Part shown: positions 49,096 through 59,692 of the stretch, piece after piece | Position numbering within the stretch: the stretch's first letter is position 1 | Layout: each line of letters starts with the position of its first letter | Assembly (NCBI GenBank): GCA_020832805.1 | Contig: JAFIED010000006.1 | Span: 15,336 to 79,335 of the forward strand | Source: Pararhodobacter sp. | GTDB lineage: Bacteria; Pseudomonadota; Alphaproteobacteria; Rhodobacterales; Rhodobacteraceae | Direction: 5' to 3' | DNA: 64,000 bases | Made by a program: the position numbers and the translations under genes | Notes under the pieces: model-generated | Told to the model about the DNA's origin: nothing | The model's database searches: none | What the model saw: only the letters and a program-made list of their open reading frames with translations

Positions 49096-50589
49096 TCACA
49101 GAAAGGCGGTCTCGTCGAAACTGCGCAGCTTGCGGCTGTGGATGCGCTCCAGCGGCATCGCGCGCAGGCGTTCCATCGCCCGGACACCGATCATGAGGTG
49201 CCGCGAGACCTGCGTGCGGTAAAAGCTGGACGCCATGCCCGGCAACTTCAACTCGCCATGCAGAGGCTTGTCCGAAACACACAAAAGGGTGCCGTAGGGC
49301 ACGCGGAACCGAAATCCATTGGCCGCAATCGTCGCGCTTTCCATATCCAGCGCAATCGCACGCGACTGGCTGAGACGCTGCACCGGGCCGGACTGATCGC
49401 GCAACTCCCAGTTGCGGTTGTCGATCGTGGCAACGGTGCCGGTGCGCATGATGCGCTTGAGTTCATAGCCCTGCAGCTGCGTGACCTCGGCCACGGCCTG
49501 CTCGAGTGCGATCTGGATCTCGGCCAGCGCCGGGATCGGCACCCAAATCGGCAGATCCTCGTTCAGCACGTTGTCCTCGCGCAGATAGGCATGGGCAAGC
49601 ACGAAATCGCCCAGCCGCTGGCTGTTTCGCAGACCGGCGCAATGCCCCACCATCAGCCAGGCATGCGGGCGCAACACGGCAATGTGGTCTGTCGCGGTCT
49701 TGGCGTTCGACGGGCCCACGCCGATATTGACCAGTGTGATGCCCTGGCCCCGCGCCCGTTTCAGGTGATAGGCCGGCATCTGCGGCAATCGACCGGGCAC
49801 GGGCGCCGGCGCATCAGACTGGGTGATCACATGATTGCCCGGCGACACAAAGGCCTCGTAGCCGCTATCGGGATCGGCCAGCGCTGAACGGGCATAGGTT
49901 TCGAATGCATCGACGTAGAACTGGTAGTTGGTGAACAACACATGGTTCTGGAAATGCTCGGCATCGGTGGCGGTGTAGTGCGCCAACCGCGCAAGCGAGT
50001 AGTCAACCCGCTGAGCCGTGAACGGTGCCAGCGGAATCGAACCGTCAGGATGGCGCACACCCTCGCCGTTGACGATGGCGTCATTGGTGATGGCGAGGTC
50101 CGGCACATCGAAGATATCGCGCAGGTTGACCGGCAGATCGGCGCCCGCAGCCAGCGCCCCCTCGCCCTGCCCGGGCCCGAGGCCGGCGCCGGGGCCGGCC
50201 AGCGCGAAATGCAGCGGGATCGGCGTGTCCCCATAGCCGATGGCAACGGGCTGGCCGTGGTTCCTGATCAACAGGTCGATCTGCTGGCGCAGGTAATGGC
50301 GAAACAGGTCCGGCCGGGTAACGGTGGTGGCATAGGTGCCGGGTTCGGCCAGGTACCCAAAGGCCAGACGGCTGTCCGGAATGGCATGGCTGGTCGTGGT
50401 CAGGCGGATCTCGGGGTAATAGGCGCGAAAACGGGTCTTCGCGCTGCCCTCGGCCAGAACACTGGCAAAGGCGCGGGCCAGAAAGGCAACGGATGCATCA
50501 TGGAGCGCCTGAAGCCGATCGACAGCAGCGTCAGGGTCAGTGAATGCCTGCGGCTCGACAAAGGAAGGGGTCTGCATGGGGGGCCTCAT
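49096..50589 (-). CDS. amn: AMP nucleosidase
   Basis: LFTNYQFYVD, PQMPAYH, NIGVGPSNAKTATDH, DMESAT, VSDKPLHGE. Confidence 0.96.
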   Translation of the reverse strand: MRPPMQTPSFVEPQAFTDPDAAVDRLQALHDASVAFLARAFASVLAEGSAKTRFRAYYPEIRLTTTSHAIPDSRLAFGYLAEPGTYATTVTRPDLFRHYLRQQIDLLIRNHGQPVAIGYGDTPIPLHFALAGPGAGLGPGQGEGALAAGADLPVNLRDIFDVPDLAITNDAIVNGEGVRHPDGSIPLAPFTAQRVDYSLARLAHYTATDAEHFQNHVLFTNYQFYVDAFETYARSALADPDSGYEAFVSPGNHVITQSDAPAPVPGRLPQMPAYHLKRARGQGITLVNIGVGPSNAKTATDHIAVLRPHAWLMVGHCAGLRNSQRLGDFVLAHAYLREDNVLNEDLPIWVPIPALAEIQIALEQAVAEVTQLQGYELKRIMRTGTVATIDNRNWELRDQSGPVQRLSQSRAIALDMESATIAANGFRFRVPYGTLLCVSDKPLHGELKLPGMASSFYRTQVSRHLMIGVRAMERLRAMPLERIHSRKLRSFDETAFL

Positions 50590-50710
50590 GCTGGGGCATC
50601 GTTGTAAACACGAAAGGACAAGCGACACGAGGGCAAGATACACCGTGTACGCGATCCTGTGGCGACATCCCTCCGCCCCGGGATTGCGCGCACCCGCCGC
50701 CGCCCGGCAT

Positions 50711-50758
50711 CAAGGCGTTTCAGAAAACGCCTTGCAAAAGCCTTTCTGAAGGCTTTTG
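50711..50758. repeat. twin adjacent hairpins directly after dxs stop
   Basis: CAAGGCGTTT-caga-AAACGCCTTG abutting CAAAAGCCTT-tctg-AAGGCTTTTG. Confidence 0.75.
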
Positions 50759-52690
50759 TCACGCCCGGCGCGCACCGATCTGTGCCACGCCCAGCGTGGC
50801 CAGTACCCTGGCCTCGATATCAGCCGCATTCATCCGTGCAACGGCGTACATGTCCGCTGGGCTGGCCTGATCGATAAAGATATCGGGCAGCACCATCGAC
50901 CGGTATTTCAGTCCTGTATCGAACACCGCTTCTTCGGCCAGCAGATGTGCAACGTGACTGCCAAAACCGCCGATGGCGCCCTCTTCGATGGTGATCAGCG
51001 CCTCGTGGTGGCGGGCCAGTTGCAAGATCAGGTCGCGGTCCAGCGGTTTGGCGAACCGGGCATCGGCCACGGTTGGCGTGATTCCGCGAGCCGCCAGGCT
51101 GTCGGCGGCCTTCAGCACCTCGGCCAGGCGGGTGCCGAAGGACAGGATTGCAACGCGGTTGCCGTCACGCATCACGCGGCCACGCCCTATCTGCAGGGGA
51201 ACACCCCGCTCGGGCATTTCGATGCCCATGCCCTCGCCTCGTGGGAAACGAAACGCGCTGGGCCCGTTGTCGATGGCAGCGGCGGTAGCGACCATATGCA
51301 CCAGTTCCGCCTCATCCGCCGCCGCCATCACCACGAAACCGGGCAGATTGGCCAGATAGGCAACATCGAAACTGCCCGCATGCGTGGCCCCGTCTGCCCC
51401 GACCAGCCCCGCGCGGTCGATGGCAAAGCGCACCGGCAGGCGCTGGATAGCCACGTCATGCACCACCTGGTCATAGCCGCGCTGCAGGAAGGTCGAGTAC
51501 ATCGCGCAAAAGGGTTTCAGCCCCCCCGCCGCCAATCCCGCGCAAAAGGTCACGCCATGCTGTTCGGCGATACCCACGTCGAAACACCGACGCGGAAAGC
51601 GCTCGGCAAAGAGGTTGAGCCCTGTGCCATCGGGCATGGCGGCCGTTACCGCGACAACACGTTCGTCTGCCTCGGCCTCGCGGATAAGAGATTGCGCGAA
51701 CACCCTCGTATAGCTTGGAGCGTTGGACGCGGGTTTTTGCTGCTTGCCGGTCAGCACATCGAATTTCGCCGTCGCATGGCCCTTGTCGGCGGCAATTTCG
51801 GCCGGGCGGTAGCCTTTGCCTTTTCGGGTCAGCACATGGATCAGCATGGGCCCGGTCGCGCGTTCATGCACGGTGCGCAGGACGGGCAGCAATTGGTCCA
51901 TGTCATGCCCGTCGATGGGGCCGACATAGGAAAAGCCCAACTCCTCGAACAGTGTGCCACCAACCGTCATGTGCTTCAGCAGATCCTTGGCACGCTTGGC
52001 CCCCTCTTTCAGCGGCGGGGGCAGAAAGCCCAGCGCACCCTTTGCGGCAGCCTTCAGGTCATGCAGCGGGGCCTCGGCATAGAGCCGGGACAGATAGGTC
52101 GACAACGCGCCGGTGGGCGGCGCAATGGACATCTCGTTGTCGTTCAGGATCACGAACAGGCGTTTGCCCAGATGGCCCGCGTTGTTCATCGCCTCGAAGG
52201 CCATGCCCGCGCTCATGGCGCCGTCGCCGATCACGGCGATGGCATCGCCCAGCGCCGGGTTCGGCGCACTGCCCAGATCCCTGGCCACCTTGAAGCCCAG
52301 CGCGGCCGAGATGCTGGTCGAGCTATGCGCCGCGCCGAACGGATCATAGGGGCTTTCGCTGCGCTTGGTAAACCCGGACAGCCCGTCTTTCTGGCGCAGC
52401 GTGCGGATACGGTCGCGGCGCCCGGTGATGATCTTGTGCGGATATGCCTGGTGGCTGACATCCCAGATCAACCGGTCGCGCGGGGTGTCGAACACGGCAT
52501 GCAACGCCACCGTCAGTTCCACCACCCCCAGCCCGGCCCCCAGATGCCCGCCGGTTTCGGATACGGCCGAGATGGTTTCGGCGCGCAGCTCGTCGGCGAC
52601 CTGACGCAGCTGCGCATCGCTGAGACGGCGCAGGTCGGCAGGGCTGTTCACCCGGTCCAGCAGCGGGGTCTTGGGACGGTCTGTGCTCAT
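50759..52690 (-). CDS. dxs: 1-deoxy-D-xylulose-5-phosphate synthase
   Basis: [57 protein letters not shown]. Confidence 0.98.
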   Translation of the reverse strand: MSTDRPKTPLLDRVNSPADLRRLSDAQLRQVADELRAETISAVSETGGHLGAGLGVVELTVALHAVFDTPRDRLIWDVSHQAYPHKIITGRRDRIRTLRQKDGLSGFTKRSESPYDPFGAAHSSTSISAALGFKVARDLGSAPNPALGDAIAVIGDGAMSAGMAFEAMNNAGHLGKRLFVILNDNEMSIAPPTGALSTYLSRLYAEAPLHDLKAAAKGALGFLPPPLKEGAKRAKDLLKHMTVGGTLFEELGFSYVGPIDGHDMDQLLPVLRTVHERATGPMLIHVLTRKGKGYRPAEIAADKGHATAKFDVLTGKQQKPASNAPSYTRVFAQSLIREAEADERVVAVTAAMPDGTGLNLFAERFPRRCFDVGIAEQHGVTFCAGLAAGGLKPFCAMYSTFLQRGYDQVVHDVAIQRLPVRFAIDRAGLVGADGATHAGSFDVAYLANLPGFVVMAAADEAELVHMVATAAAIDNGPSAFRFPRGEGMGIEMPERGVPLQIGRGRVMRDGNRVAILSFGTRLAEVLKAADSLAARGITPTVADARFAKPLDRDLILQLARHHEALITIEEGAIGGFGSHVAHLLAEEAVFDTGLKYRSMVLPDIFIDQASPADMYAVARMNAADIEARVLATLGVAQIGARRA

Positions 52691-52704
52691 CTGGGCACCA
52701 CTCC

Positions 52705-53565
52705 TCACTTCCGCCGGCTGATAACGAAGCGCGCCGCATCCCGCAAGCTGTTCGCGGCATCCCCATAGGGTGCCAGTGCCGCGCAGGCCTCGTCGACCAG
52801 CGCATGCGCCCGGCCGCGCGCCCCCTCGACGCCCATCAACGAAACAAAGGTCGCCTTGCCCGCTGCGGCATCCTTGCGCAACGCCTTGCCGGCCAGCGCC
52901 GCGTCGCCTTCATGGTCCAGCAGATCGTCGGCGATCTGAAAGGCCAGCCCCAAGGCGGCGGCAAATTCCGCCAGGGGGGCACTGTCGGCGCCTGCCATGC
53001 GGGGCCCGGCGCAGGCGGCCCAGCCAAACAACGCGCCCGTCTTGCCGGCCTGAAGTGCCGTTATCTGATCCAGCGTCAAGGGCTGCGATGTGGTTTCGGC
53101 GGCAATATCCTGCGCTTGCCCAAGAACCATGCCCGCCGCACCGGCGGCGCGCGCCAGTTCCCTTGCCAGTGTCGCGCCATGCGGCTGGCCTGGCTGGCAG
53201 ACCAGTTCGAAGGCCAGCGATTGCAACGCATCGCCCGCGAGAATCGCCGTTGCCTCGTCCCAGCGTTTATGCACGGTCGGCAAACCCCGGCGCAGATCGT
53301 CGTCATCCATGGCCGGCAGATCGTCATGCACCAGCGAATAGGCGTGCAGCGCCTCTATGGCGGCGGCGGCATTCAGTGCATGCGCGCGGGCAACCCCGTG
53401 CAGCGTCGCCCCCTCAAGCACCAGAAATCCGCGCAGCCCCTTGCCCCCCGCCAGCGCATGCGCCATCGCGTCGCGCACCACGCTTTCGGGCAAACCTTTC
53501 AGCGCAATCTCAAGCCGCGCAGCCACAGCCCCCGAGGCCGCCTGCAGCAATACCGGGAAGTTCAT
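52705..53565 (-). CDS. ispA: farnesyl diphosphate synthase / polyprenyl synthetase
   Basis: [37 protein letters not shown]; xseB-ispA-dxs order. Confidence 0.95.
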   Translation of the reverse strand: MNFPVLLQAASGAVAARLEIALKGLPESVVRDAMAHALAGGKGLRGFLVLEGATLHGVARAHALNAAAAIEALHAYSLVHDDLPAMDDDDLRRGLPTVHKRWDEATAILAGDALQSLAFELVCQPGQPHGATLARELARAAGAAGMVLGQAQDIAAETTSQPLTLDQITALQAGKTGALFGWAACAGPRMAGADSAPLAEFAAALGLAFQIADDLLDHEGDAALAGKALRKDAAAGKATFVSLMGVEGARGRAHALVDEACAALAPYGDAANSLRDAARFVISRRK

Positions 53566-53834
53566 CCGGCCTCGAAAGCCTGGGTGCCCGCAGGCGCGCC
53601 ATTCTCTGCCTGGGTGATCTGCTCGATGCGGGCCTGCGCCTGGGCCAGCCGCGCCTCGCAATGCGCCTTCAGCCTTGCGCCCCGCTCGTACAGGGCGATC
53701 GACTCTTCCAGCGGCACATCGCCCGCTTCCAGCCGCGAAACCACTGACTCCAGCGCCTTGAGCGCTTCTTCAAAGCTCATTGCCGACGCGTCATCGGCCC
53801 TGCCCGCGTCTGCCGTTTCATCGCCGGCCATCAC
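53562..53834 (-). CDS. xseB: exodeoxyribonuclease VII small subunit
   Basis: SFEEALKALESVVSRLEAGDVPLEESIALYERG. Confidence 0.95.
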   Translation of the reverse strand: MMAGDETADAGRADDASAMSFEEALKALESVVSRLEAGDVPLEESIALYERGARLKAHCEARLAQAQARIEQITQAENGAPAGTQAFEAG

Positions 53835-54766
53835 TGCCCCCGTTCCATCAGTACCGTTACATGCGCCACCACGCTTGCGGCCAGCGCATCCAGATCATAG
53901 CCCCCCTCCAGCGCCGAAACCAGCCGCCCGCTGGCATGTGTGTCGGCCAGGTCGCACAGACGCTGCGTGATCCAGGCGAAATCGTCTTCCTCCAGCGACA
54001 GTTGCGCCAGTGGATCGGCGATATGGGCATCAAACCCGGCCGAGACCAGCACCAGTTCCGGCGCAAAGGCCTCCAGCCGGGGGAAAGCATGCTCTTCCCA
54101 CATGGCACGAAAGCGCGCGCCATCGGCGCCGGGCGGCAAGGGCAGGTTGATCACGTTGTCATGGGCGCCCCGCTCGCGCATGGTGCCGGTGCCCGGCCAA
54201 AGCGGCATCTGCTGGCTGGAAACGAAAAGCGTGCGCGCCTCGTCCCACAACAGATCCTGTGTGCCGTTGCCGTGGTGCACATCGAAATCCACCACTGCGA
54301 CCCGCTGCAAGCCATGCAGGTCAAGCGCCCTTTTCGCCGCAATGGCGATATTGCCAAACAGGCAGAACCCCATCGGCCTGGCCGTTTCGGCATGGTGCCC
54401 GGGCGGGCGCACAGCGGCAAAGGCATTGCGCGCGGTTCCTGCCATCACGGCATCCAGCGCGCCCAGCACCTGCCCCAGCCCGGCCAGCGCCGCCGACAGG
54501 CTGCCCGGCGACACATGCGTGTCGGCATCCAGCGCGTTGGTGCCCGTGGCCGGAATCGCGGCGGTGATCATGTCGACATAGGTCTGCGGATGGCAGCGCA
54601 AGACCTCGGCCATGGCGGCGGGGGGGGCCTGATCGCGGATCAACGCCGCGAATGCCGGCGCCGACAACGCCTCGGTCACGGCTTCCAGCCGCGCCACGCG
54701 TTCGGGATGGCCGTCCGGGGTGACGTGGTCAAGGCAGGCGGGGTTGGTAAACAGGGCTGTGCTCAT
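53831..54766 (-). CDS. histone deacetylase family protein
   Basis: HPERVARL, RPPGHHA, GFC, DFDVHHGNGTQ, SAGFD, LEGGY. Confidence 0.95.
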   Translation of the reverse strand: MSTALFTNPACLDHVTPDGHPERVARLEAVTEALSAPAFAALIRDQAPPAAMAEVLRCHPQTYVDMITAAIPATGTNALDADTHVSPGSLSAALAGLGQVLGALDAVMAGTARNAFAAVRPPGHHAETARPMGFCLFGNIAIAAKRALDLHGLQRVAVVDFDVHHGNGTQDLLWDEARTLFVSSQQMPLWPGTGTMRERGAHDNVINLPLPPGADGARFRAMWEEHAFPRLEAFAPELVLVSAGFDAHIADPLAQLSLEEDDFAWITQRLCDLADTHASGRLVSALEGGYDLDALAASVVAHVTVLMERGQ

Positions 54767-54965
54767 GGGGCGGCAAGCTACGCGCTGGCCACGCGCCCTG
54801 CAAGGGATCTCGCCTGGCGGGCGCCATTTCATCTTGCCCTGGCGCAGCGCACATGGTCTGGGGCCCGTGGCCACAGCAGGCATGCCGCATGCGGCGCCCC
54901 GACCAATGAGATAGTATAACAATGCACTGCCCGGCTAGGTTCTGCGCATAACTCAGGAGAACGTC

Positions 54966-56075
54966 ATGAAAACCCGTGCTGCCGTCGCCTTCGAGGCGAA
55001 GAAACCGCTCGAGATTGTCGAGCTTGACCTGGAGGGCCCGCGCGCGGGCGAGGTGCTGGTGGAAATCAAGGCCACCGGCATCTGCCACACCGACGCCTAT
55101 ACGCTCGACGGCCTGGACAGCGAGGGCATCTTTCCCTCGATCCTGGGGCACGAGGGTGCCGGCATCGTGCGCGAGGTCGGCCCGGGCGTGACCAGCGTGA
55201 AGCCGGGCGACCATGTCATCCCGCTTTACACGCCCGAATGCCGGCAATGCAAAAGCTGCCTGTCGGGCAAGACCAACCTGTGCACCGCCATCCGCGCCAC
55301 GCAGGGCAAGGGCGTCATGCCCGACGGTACCACGCGGTTCAGTTACAAGGGCCAACCGATTTATCATTACATGGGCTGTTCGACATTCTCCAACTTCACC
55401 GTGCTGCCGGAAATCGCCCTGGCCAAGGTGCGCGATGATGCCCCGTTCGAGACCATCTGCTATATCGGCTGCGGCGTGACAACGGGCGTCGGCGCGGTCA
55501 CCAACACCGCCAAGGTGGAACCGGGCGCCAATGTCATCGTGTTCGGCCTTGGCGGGATCGGGCTGAACGTGATCCAGGGCGCGCGGATGGTGGGCGCCGA
55601 CATGATCGTGGGTGTCGATATCAACGACGACAAGGCGCAATGGGGCAAGATGTTCGGCATGACCCATTTCGTGAACCCGCAAAAGGTCGATGGCGATATC
55701 GTGCAGCATCTGGTCGAACTGACCGATGGCGGCGCCGATTACACCTTTGACTGTACCGGCAATACCACGGTCATGCGCCAGGCGCTGGAGGCCTGCCATC
55801 GCGGCTGGGGGGTCTCCACCGTGATCGGCGTGGCCGAGGCCGGGCGCGAGATCGCCACCCGGCCCTTTCAGCTGGTCACGGGCCGGGTGTGGAAGGGCAC
55901 GGCCTTTGGCGGTGCCAAGGGCCGCACCGATGTGCCGAAGATCGTGGACTGGTACATGAAGGGCAAGATCGAGATCGACCCGATGATCACCCACAAGCTG
56001 AGCCTTGAAGAGATAAACAAGGGGTTCGATCTGATGCACCAGGGCAAGTCGATCCGATCGGTCGTGGTGTTCTGA
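54966..56075 (+). CDS. frmA: S-(hydroxymethyl)glutathione dehydrogenase / class III ADH
   Basis: [48 protein letters not shown]. Confidence 0.97.
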   Translation: MKTRAAVAFEAKKPLEIVELDLEGPRAGEVLVEIKATGICHTDAYTLDGLDSEGIFPSILGHEGAGIVREVGPGVTSVKPGDHVIPLYTPECRQCKSCLSGKTNLCTAIRATQGKGVMPDGTTRFSYKGQPIYHYMGCSTFSNFTVLPEIALAKVRDDAPFETICYIGCGVTTGVGAVTNTAKVEPGANVIVFGLGGIGLNVIQGARMVGADMIVGVDINDDKAQWGKMFGMTHFVNPQKVDGDIVQHLVELTDGGADYTFDCTGNTTVMRQALEACHRGWGVSTVIGVAEAGREIATRPFQLVTGRVWKGTAFGGAKGRTDVPKIVDWYMKGKIEIDPMITHKLSLEEINKGFDLMHQGKSIRSVVVF

Positions 56076-56087
56076 ACGGTTGGGCCT

Positions 56088-56118
56088 GGGGAAGGGTTTT
56101 TCTTCAAAACCCTTCCCC
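56088..56118. terminator. hairpin between convergent genes (possible bidirectional terminator or REP-like element)
   Basis: GGGGAAGGGTTTT-tcttc-AAAACCCTTCCCC. Confidence 0.65.
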
Positions 56119-56127
56119 CTCGGCCTG

Positions 56128-56655
56128 TCAGTCGTGGCTGTGCGAATGCCCGCCTGAGTGGCTGTGCGAATGGCTGTGTGAATGCCCGTGCGAATGACCG
56201 TGGTCCGCCGGCTGGCGCTCGTTGTCCACCGGCACCTCGACCGTTGCCTCGGTCCCATCGGCAAAGACAAAGGTCACTTCGACCAGATCACCCTGCGCCA
56301 GAGGCCGGGTCAGGCCCAGGAACATCACATGATCGCCGCCGCGCGCCAGGATGATCTCGCCATCCACTGGCAGTTGAAAGCCGCCCTCGATCTCGCCCAT
56401 GCGCATCACGCCCTGATCGTCCTCGATATGGGTGTGCAACTCTACCCGCTGCGCCACATCCGACCGCGCGCCGGTGATATGGCAATCCTCGGTGCCGTGG
56501 TTGTGGATCACCATGAACGCCGCGCCCGATTGCGCCATGGCATGCGAGGCGCGGGCATAGCCGTCATGGATTTCGAACCCGTCGCAGGCCAGCGCGGGCA
56601 GGGTGACAAGGGCCGCGGCAAGTGCCAGCGGGGCGGTGAAAGCCTTGCGGATCAT
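56128..56655 (-). CDS. periplasmic copper chaperone PCu(A)C with His-rich tail
   Basis: signal peptide, GAAFM, VELHTH..GVMRM, GGDHVM (H-x-M..H-x-M Cu site), (HS)n tail. Confidence 0.92.
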   Translation of the reverse strand: MIRKAFTAPLALAAALVTLPALACDGFEIHDGYARASHAMAQSGAAFMVIHNHGTEDCHITGARSDVAQRVELHTHIEDDQGVMRMGEIEGGFQLPVDGEIILARGGDHVMFLGLTRPLAQGDLVEVTFVFADGTEATVEVPVDNERQPADHGHSHGHSHSHSHSHSGGHSHSHD

Positions 56656-56698
56656 CGGTTCCTCCTGATGTCCTGATCTGATCTTGATGGTTCGGGGA

Positions 56699-57049
56699 TC
56701 AGACCGGCACAGGCGGCGCGCGGGCATGGCGGTGAAAGGACAGCGCCGCGCAGGGGGCATCGCGGTCGCGCAGCGCCGGGACGCAGCCCACCAGCCGCAG
56801 CGGCAGGACCGGGCCAGCAACAGCGTCGGGCAAAGCCGCCGACAGCGCCGGCATGCAATCCGGGCAGGGCACCTCCGGCCCGGCCGGGTTGCCCTCGGCA
56901 TCCAGCCGCAGGGTGATCATGCCGGTGCCGGTGCACAGCTCCACCGTGCCCACCGCCCCGCCATGGTGGCGTGCCATGGCCATCGGCACGCTGGCCGCCA
57001 TCACGGCCAGCGCCAGCAGGATCAGGGCAAGGGAACGGAACGCCTGCAT
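56699..57049 (-). CDS. DUF2946-like secreted leader protein with CxxC and C-terminal RAPP arrest motif
   Basis: signal peptide, ELCTG, CPDC, ends HARAPPVPV; directly upstream of PCuAC. Confidence 0.75.
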   Translation of the reverse strand: MQAFRSLALILLALAVMAASVPMAMARHHGGAVGTVELCTGTGMITLRLDAEGNPAGPEVPCPDCMPALSAALPDAVAGPVLPLRLVGCVPALRDRDAPCAALSFHRHARAPPVPV

Positions 57050-57158
57050 GCGTGATCTCATATCGCAGGGCGCCACGGGTTGCCAGCGTCAAGGCATCGG
57101 CCGCGCGCCCCCATCACGCCCCCGCATCTGGTTCCCGCCGCATTCGGTTCCCCCTGCA

Positions 57159-57779
57159 TCACGCCCCCGGAAACATCGCCTTGATCCGCCCGGGATGCCC
57201 CGCGGGCGCCGCACAGGCATCCGCGCACAGCGCCTCGGCGGCCTCGGCCAGCGCCTCGGCGCTTACCAGCCGGTCCAGCAGTCCCCAGGCCAGCGCCTCG
57301 TCAGCCTCGATACGCTGCCCGGCCATCAGGATCAGCTTGGCCCGCCCCGGCCCGCCCAGCGCGGCCAGCCGCGCGGGGTCGGCGGGCTGGGGCAGATAGC
57401 CCAGCTTCATCACCGGATAGAAGAACCTGGCCCCCGCCACGCCCAGCCTTGTGTCGCAGGCCAGTGCCAGGTTGAACGCCCCGCCCGCCAGCGTGCCGTT
57501 GAGCGCCGCCACCGTCAGCGCCGGCAGATCGGCAAGGCGTTGCGCGGCCTCGATCCATAGCGGGCTGGTGGCCAGTCCCGCCTTCGCCTCGTCCAGATCG
57601 GCGCCGGCGCTGAACACCCGGCCCGTCCCGGTCAGCACCAACCCCGCCACGCCCGCGGTGCGCGCGGCATCCAGATGGCCGATCAGCGCATCCAGCATCG
57701 CCGCGGTCAGCGAGTTGGCCTTTTCCGGCCGGTCGATGACCAGCCGCCACAGCGCGCCCGCTTCCTCGCGCCGGATCAT
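57159..57779 (-). CDS. enoyl-CoA hydratase/isomerase family protein (short form)
   Basis: IDRPEKANSL, FSAGADL, LNGTLAGGA, LACD. Confidence 0.88.
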   Translation of the reverse strand: MIRREEAGALWRLVIDRPEKANSLTAAMLDALIGHLDAARTAGVAGLVLTGTGRVFSAGADLDEAKAGLATSPLWIEAAQRLADLPALTVAALNGTLAGGAFNLALACDTRLGVAGARFFYPVMKLGYLPQPADPARLAALGGPGRAKLILMAGQRIEADEALAWGLLDRLVSAEALAEAAEALCADACAAPAGHPGRIKAMFPGA

Positions 57780-58534
57780 GCGGGCAGCCCCAATGCGGTG
57801 CGGATATCGGCCTCGCGCAACGAGACCTCGGCCCCGCGAAAGCGGTCGGCATCGGCGCTGCACATCCACAACAGCGCCCGCGCCGGCCATTCCGGCGGCA
57901 CATGCGCCGACCAGTCAAGCTGGCTGATGCGGTTCACGCCCGATGCCTTGATCGCCACCTGCATGTCGGTCGCGACCGTGCCGGGCGACAATGACAGAAC
58001 CCGCACCGCCTGCCCCGCTTCCAGATGCGCCGCACGGGTCAGCATGATCGCCCCGGCCTTTGACGCGCAATAGCCTGACCACCCCTCCATCGGGCCATAG
58101 GCCGCGCCGGAACCGACGGTGATGATGGTGCCCGCGCCCTGGGCCTGCATCACCGGCAGCGCCGCGCGCATGCCGTGAAAGACCCCGTTCAGATTGACCG
58201 CGATCTGACGCGCCCAGGCGTCCGGGTCCGCCTGGGACAGCGGCGCGATGGGGTCGATCACGCCGGCGTTGTTGATCAGCACATCCAGCGCGCCGAAACG
58301 GTCCTGCATCATGCCGACCGCCGCCTCTACCTGCGCGTAATCTGCGACATCGCAGGGAATCAGCGCAGCGCCGGTCTCATCCGCCACAGCCTGCAGCGCA
58401 TCCGACGGGCGCCCGGCCAGAGCCAGTTTCGCGCCCTTTTCGGCGAAAAGCCGCGCCGTGGCCGCGCCGATGCCCCGGCTGGCGCCCGTGATCAGCACCG
58501 CCTTGCCCGAAACCGCCTGTTCCCATGCCGCCAT
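57776..58534 (-). CDS. SDR family oxidoreductase
   Basis: TGASRGIG, NNAG, YCASK. Confidence 0.92.
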   Translation of the reverse strand: MAAWEQAVSGKAVLITGASRGIGAATARLFAEKGAKLALAGRPSDALQAVADETGAALIPCDVADYAQVEAAVGMMQDRFGALDVLINNAGVIDPIAPLSQADPDAWARQIAVNLNGVFHGMRAALPVMQAQGAGTIITVGSGAAYGPMEGWSGYCASKAGAIMLTRAAHLEAGQAVRVLSLSPGTVATDMQVAIKASGVNRISQLDWSAHVPPEWPARALLWMCSADADRFRGAEVSLREADIRTALGLPA

Positions 58535-58667
58535 CTTTGCCCCTCCTGATGCGTTCGCCCCTGCCTAACCCAGCCGCGCGGCGATGGGAATTGCCCCGAT
58601 TGCATGCGCCCGCCGCCTGCGTCATCCTGCGCGGCAACAGACACAGAACAGACACAGGGAGAGCATC

Positions 58668-59642
58668 ATGGCGCGCACCGTCATCATCGAGGCCCATGGC
58701 GGGCCCGAGGAACTGAAACTCAGCGATCGCCCGGCGGGCGAGCCCGGCCCCGGCGAGCTGCGCATCCGCCACCATGCCTGCGGGCTGAATTTCATCGACG
58801 TCTATCAGCGCAGCGGGCTTTACCCGATGCAACTGCCCGCCGCGCTGGGGATGGAGGCCGCCGGCGTGGTCGAGGCCGTGGGCGAAGGCGTCACCCATCT
58901 GAAACCCGGCGACCGCGCCGCCTATGCCGCCCAGCCGCCCGGCGCCTATGCCGAGGCCCGCGTGATGCCCGCCGCCCAGGTCTGCCCCCTGCCCGATGAC
59001 ATCGATTTCGAAACCGGCGCGGCGATGATGCTGAAGGGGCTGACCGTGCAGTATCTGTTTCACCGCACCGTGCCGCTGAAAAAGGGTGACACGGTGCTGT
59101 TCCACGCCGCTGCCGGCGGGGTGGGGCTGATCGCCTGCCAATGGGCGCGGTCCGAGGGCATCACCCTGATCGCCACAGCCGGCAGCGACGCCAAGTGCCA
59201 ACTGGCGCTGGATCATGGCGCCGCTCATGCGATCAACTACAACACCGCGGATTTCGCGGCACGGGTGCGCGAACTGACCGACGGGCGCGGGGTCGATGCG
59301 GTGATGGATTCGGTCGGCGCGGCGACATTCGAGGGGTCCCTGAAATGCCTGCGCCCGCTGGGCATGATGATGTCATTCGGCAATGCATCGGGTCCGGTGC
59401 CGCCGGTTGATCTGGGCAGGCTGGCGGCGGGCGGGTCGCTGCAACTGACCAGGCCCACGCTGTTCACGCATATCGCCGACCATGAGACTTGCCAGGCGAT
59501 GGCGCGGCAGTTGTTCGACAAGGTACTGTCGGGCGCGGTGGCCATTCGCATCGACCAGCGCTTTCCACTGGCCGATGTGGCCGAGGCGCATCGCGTACTG
59601 GAAGCGCGGCGCACCACGGGATCGACAATCCTGTTGCCATAA
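58668..59642 (+). CDS. qor: NADPH:quinone oxidoreductase (zeta-crystallin type)
   Basis: GLNFIDVYQRSG, LKGLTVQYL, HAAAGGVG, FGNASG, RRTTGS. Confidence 0.93.
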   Translation: MARTVIIEAHGGPEELKLSDRPAGEPGPGELRIRHHACGLNFIDVYQRSGLYPMQLPAALGMEAAGVVEAVGEGVTHLKPGDRAAYAAQPPGAYAEARVMPAAQVCPLPDDIDFETGAAMMLKGLTVQYLFHRTVPLKKGDTVLFHAAAGGVGLIACQWARSEGITLIATAGSDAKCQLALDHGAAHAINYNTADFAARVRELTDGRGVDAVMDSVGAATFEGSLKCLRPLGMMMSFGNASGPVPPVDLGRLAAGGSLQLTRPTLFTHIADHETCQAMARQLFDKVLSGAVAIRIDQRFPLADVAEAHRVLEARRTTGSTILLP

Positions 59643-59692
59643 GGCCCCTGCAAGATGGGTGCCGGACCCACCCCGCGCCATCCGTCGCGCCG

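Noticed and set aside
56128-56205. Tandem GTGGCT/GAATGG-type repeats as a CRISPR or other DNA repeat (also 43675-43770)
   Set aside because: They encode the His-rich tails of PCuAC and UreE; no spacer structure and no cas genes.
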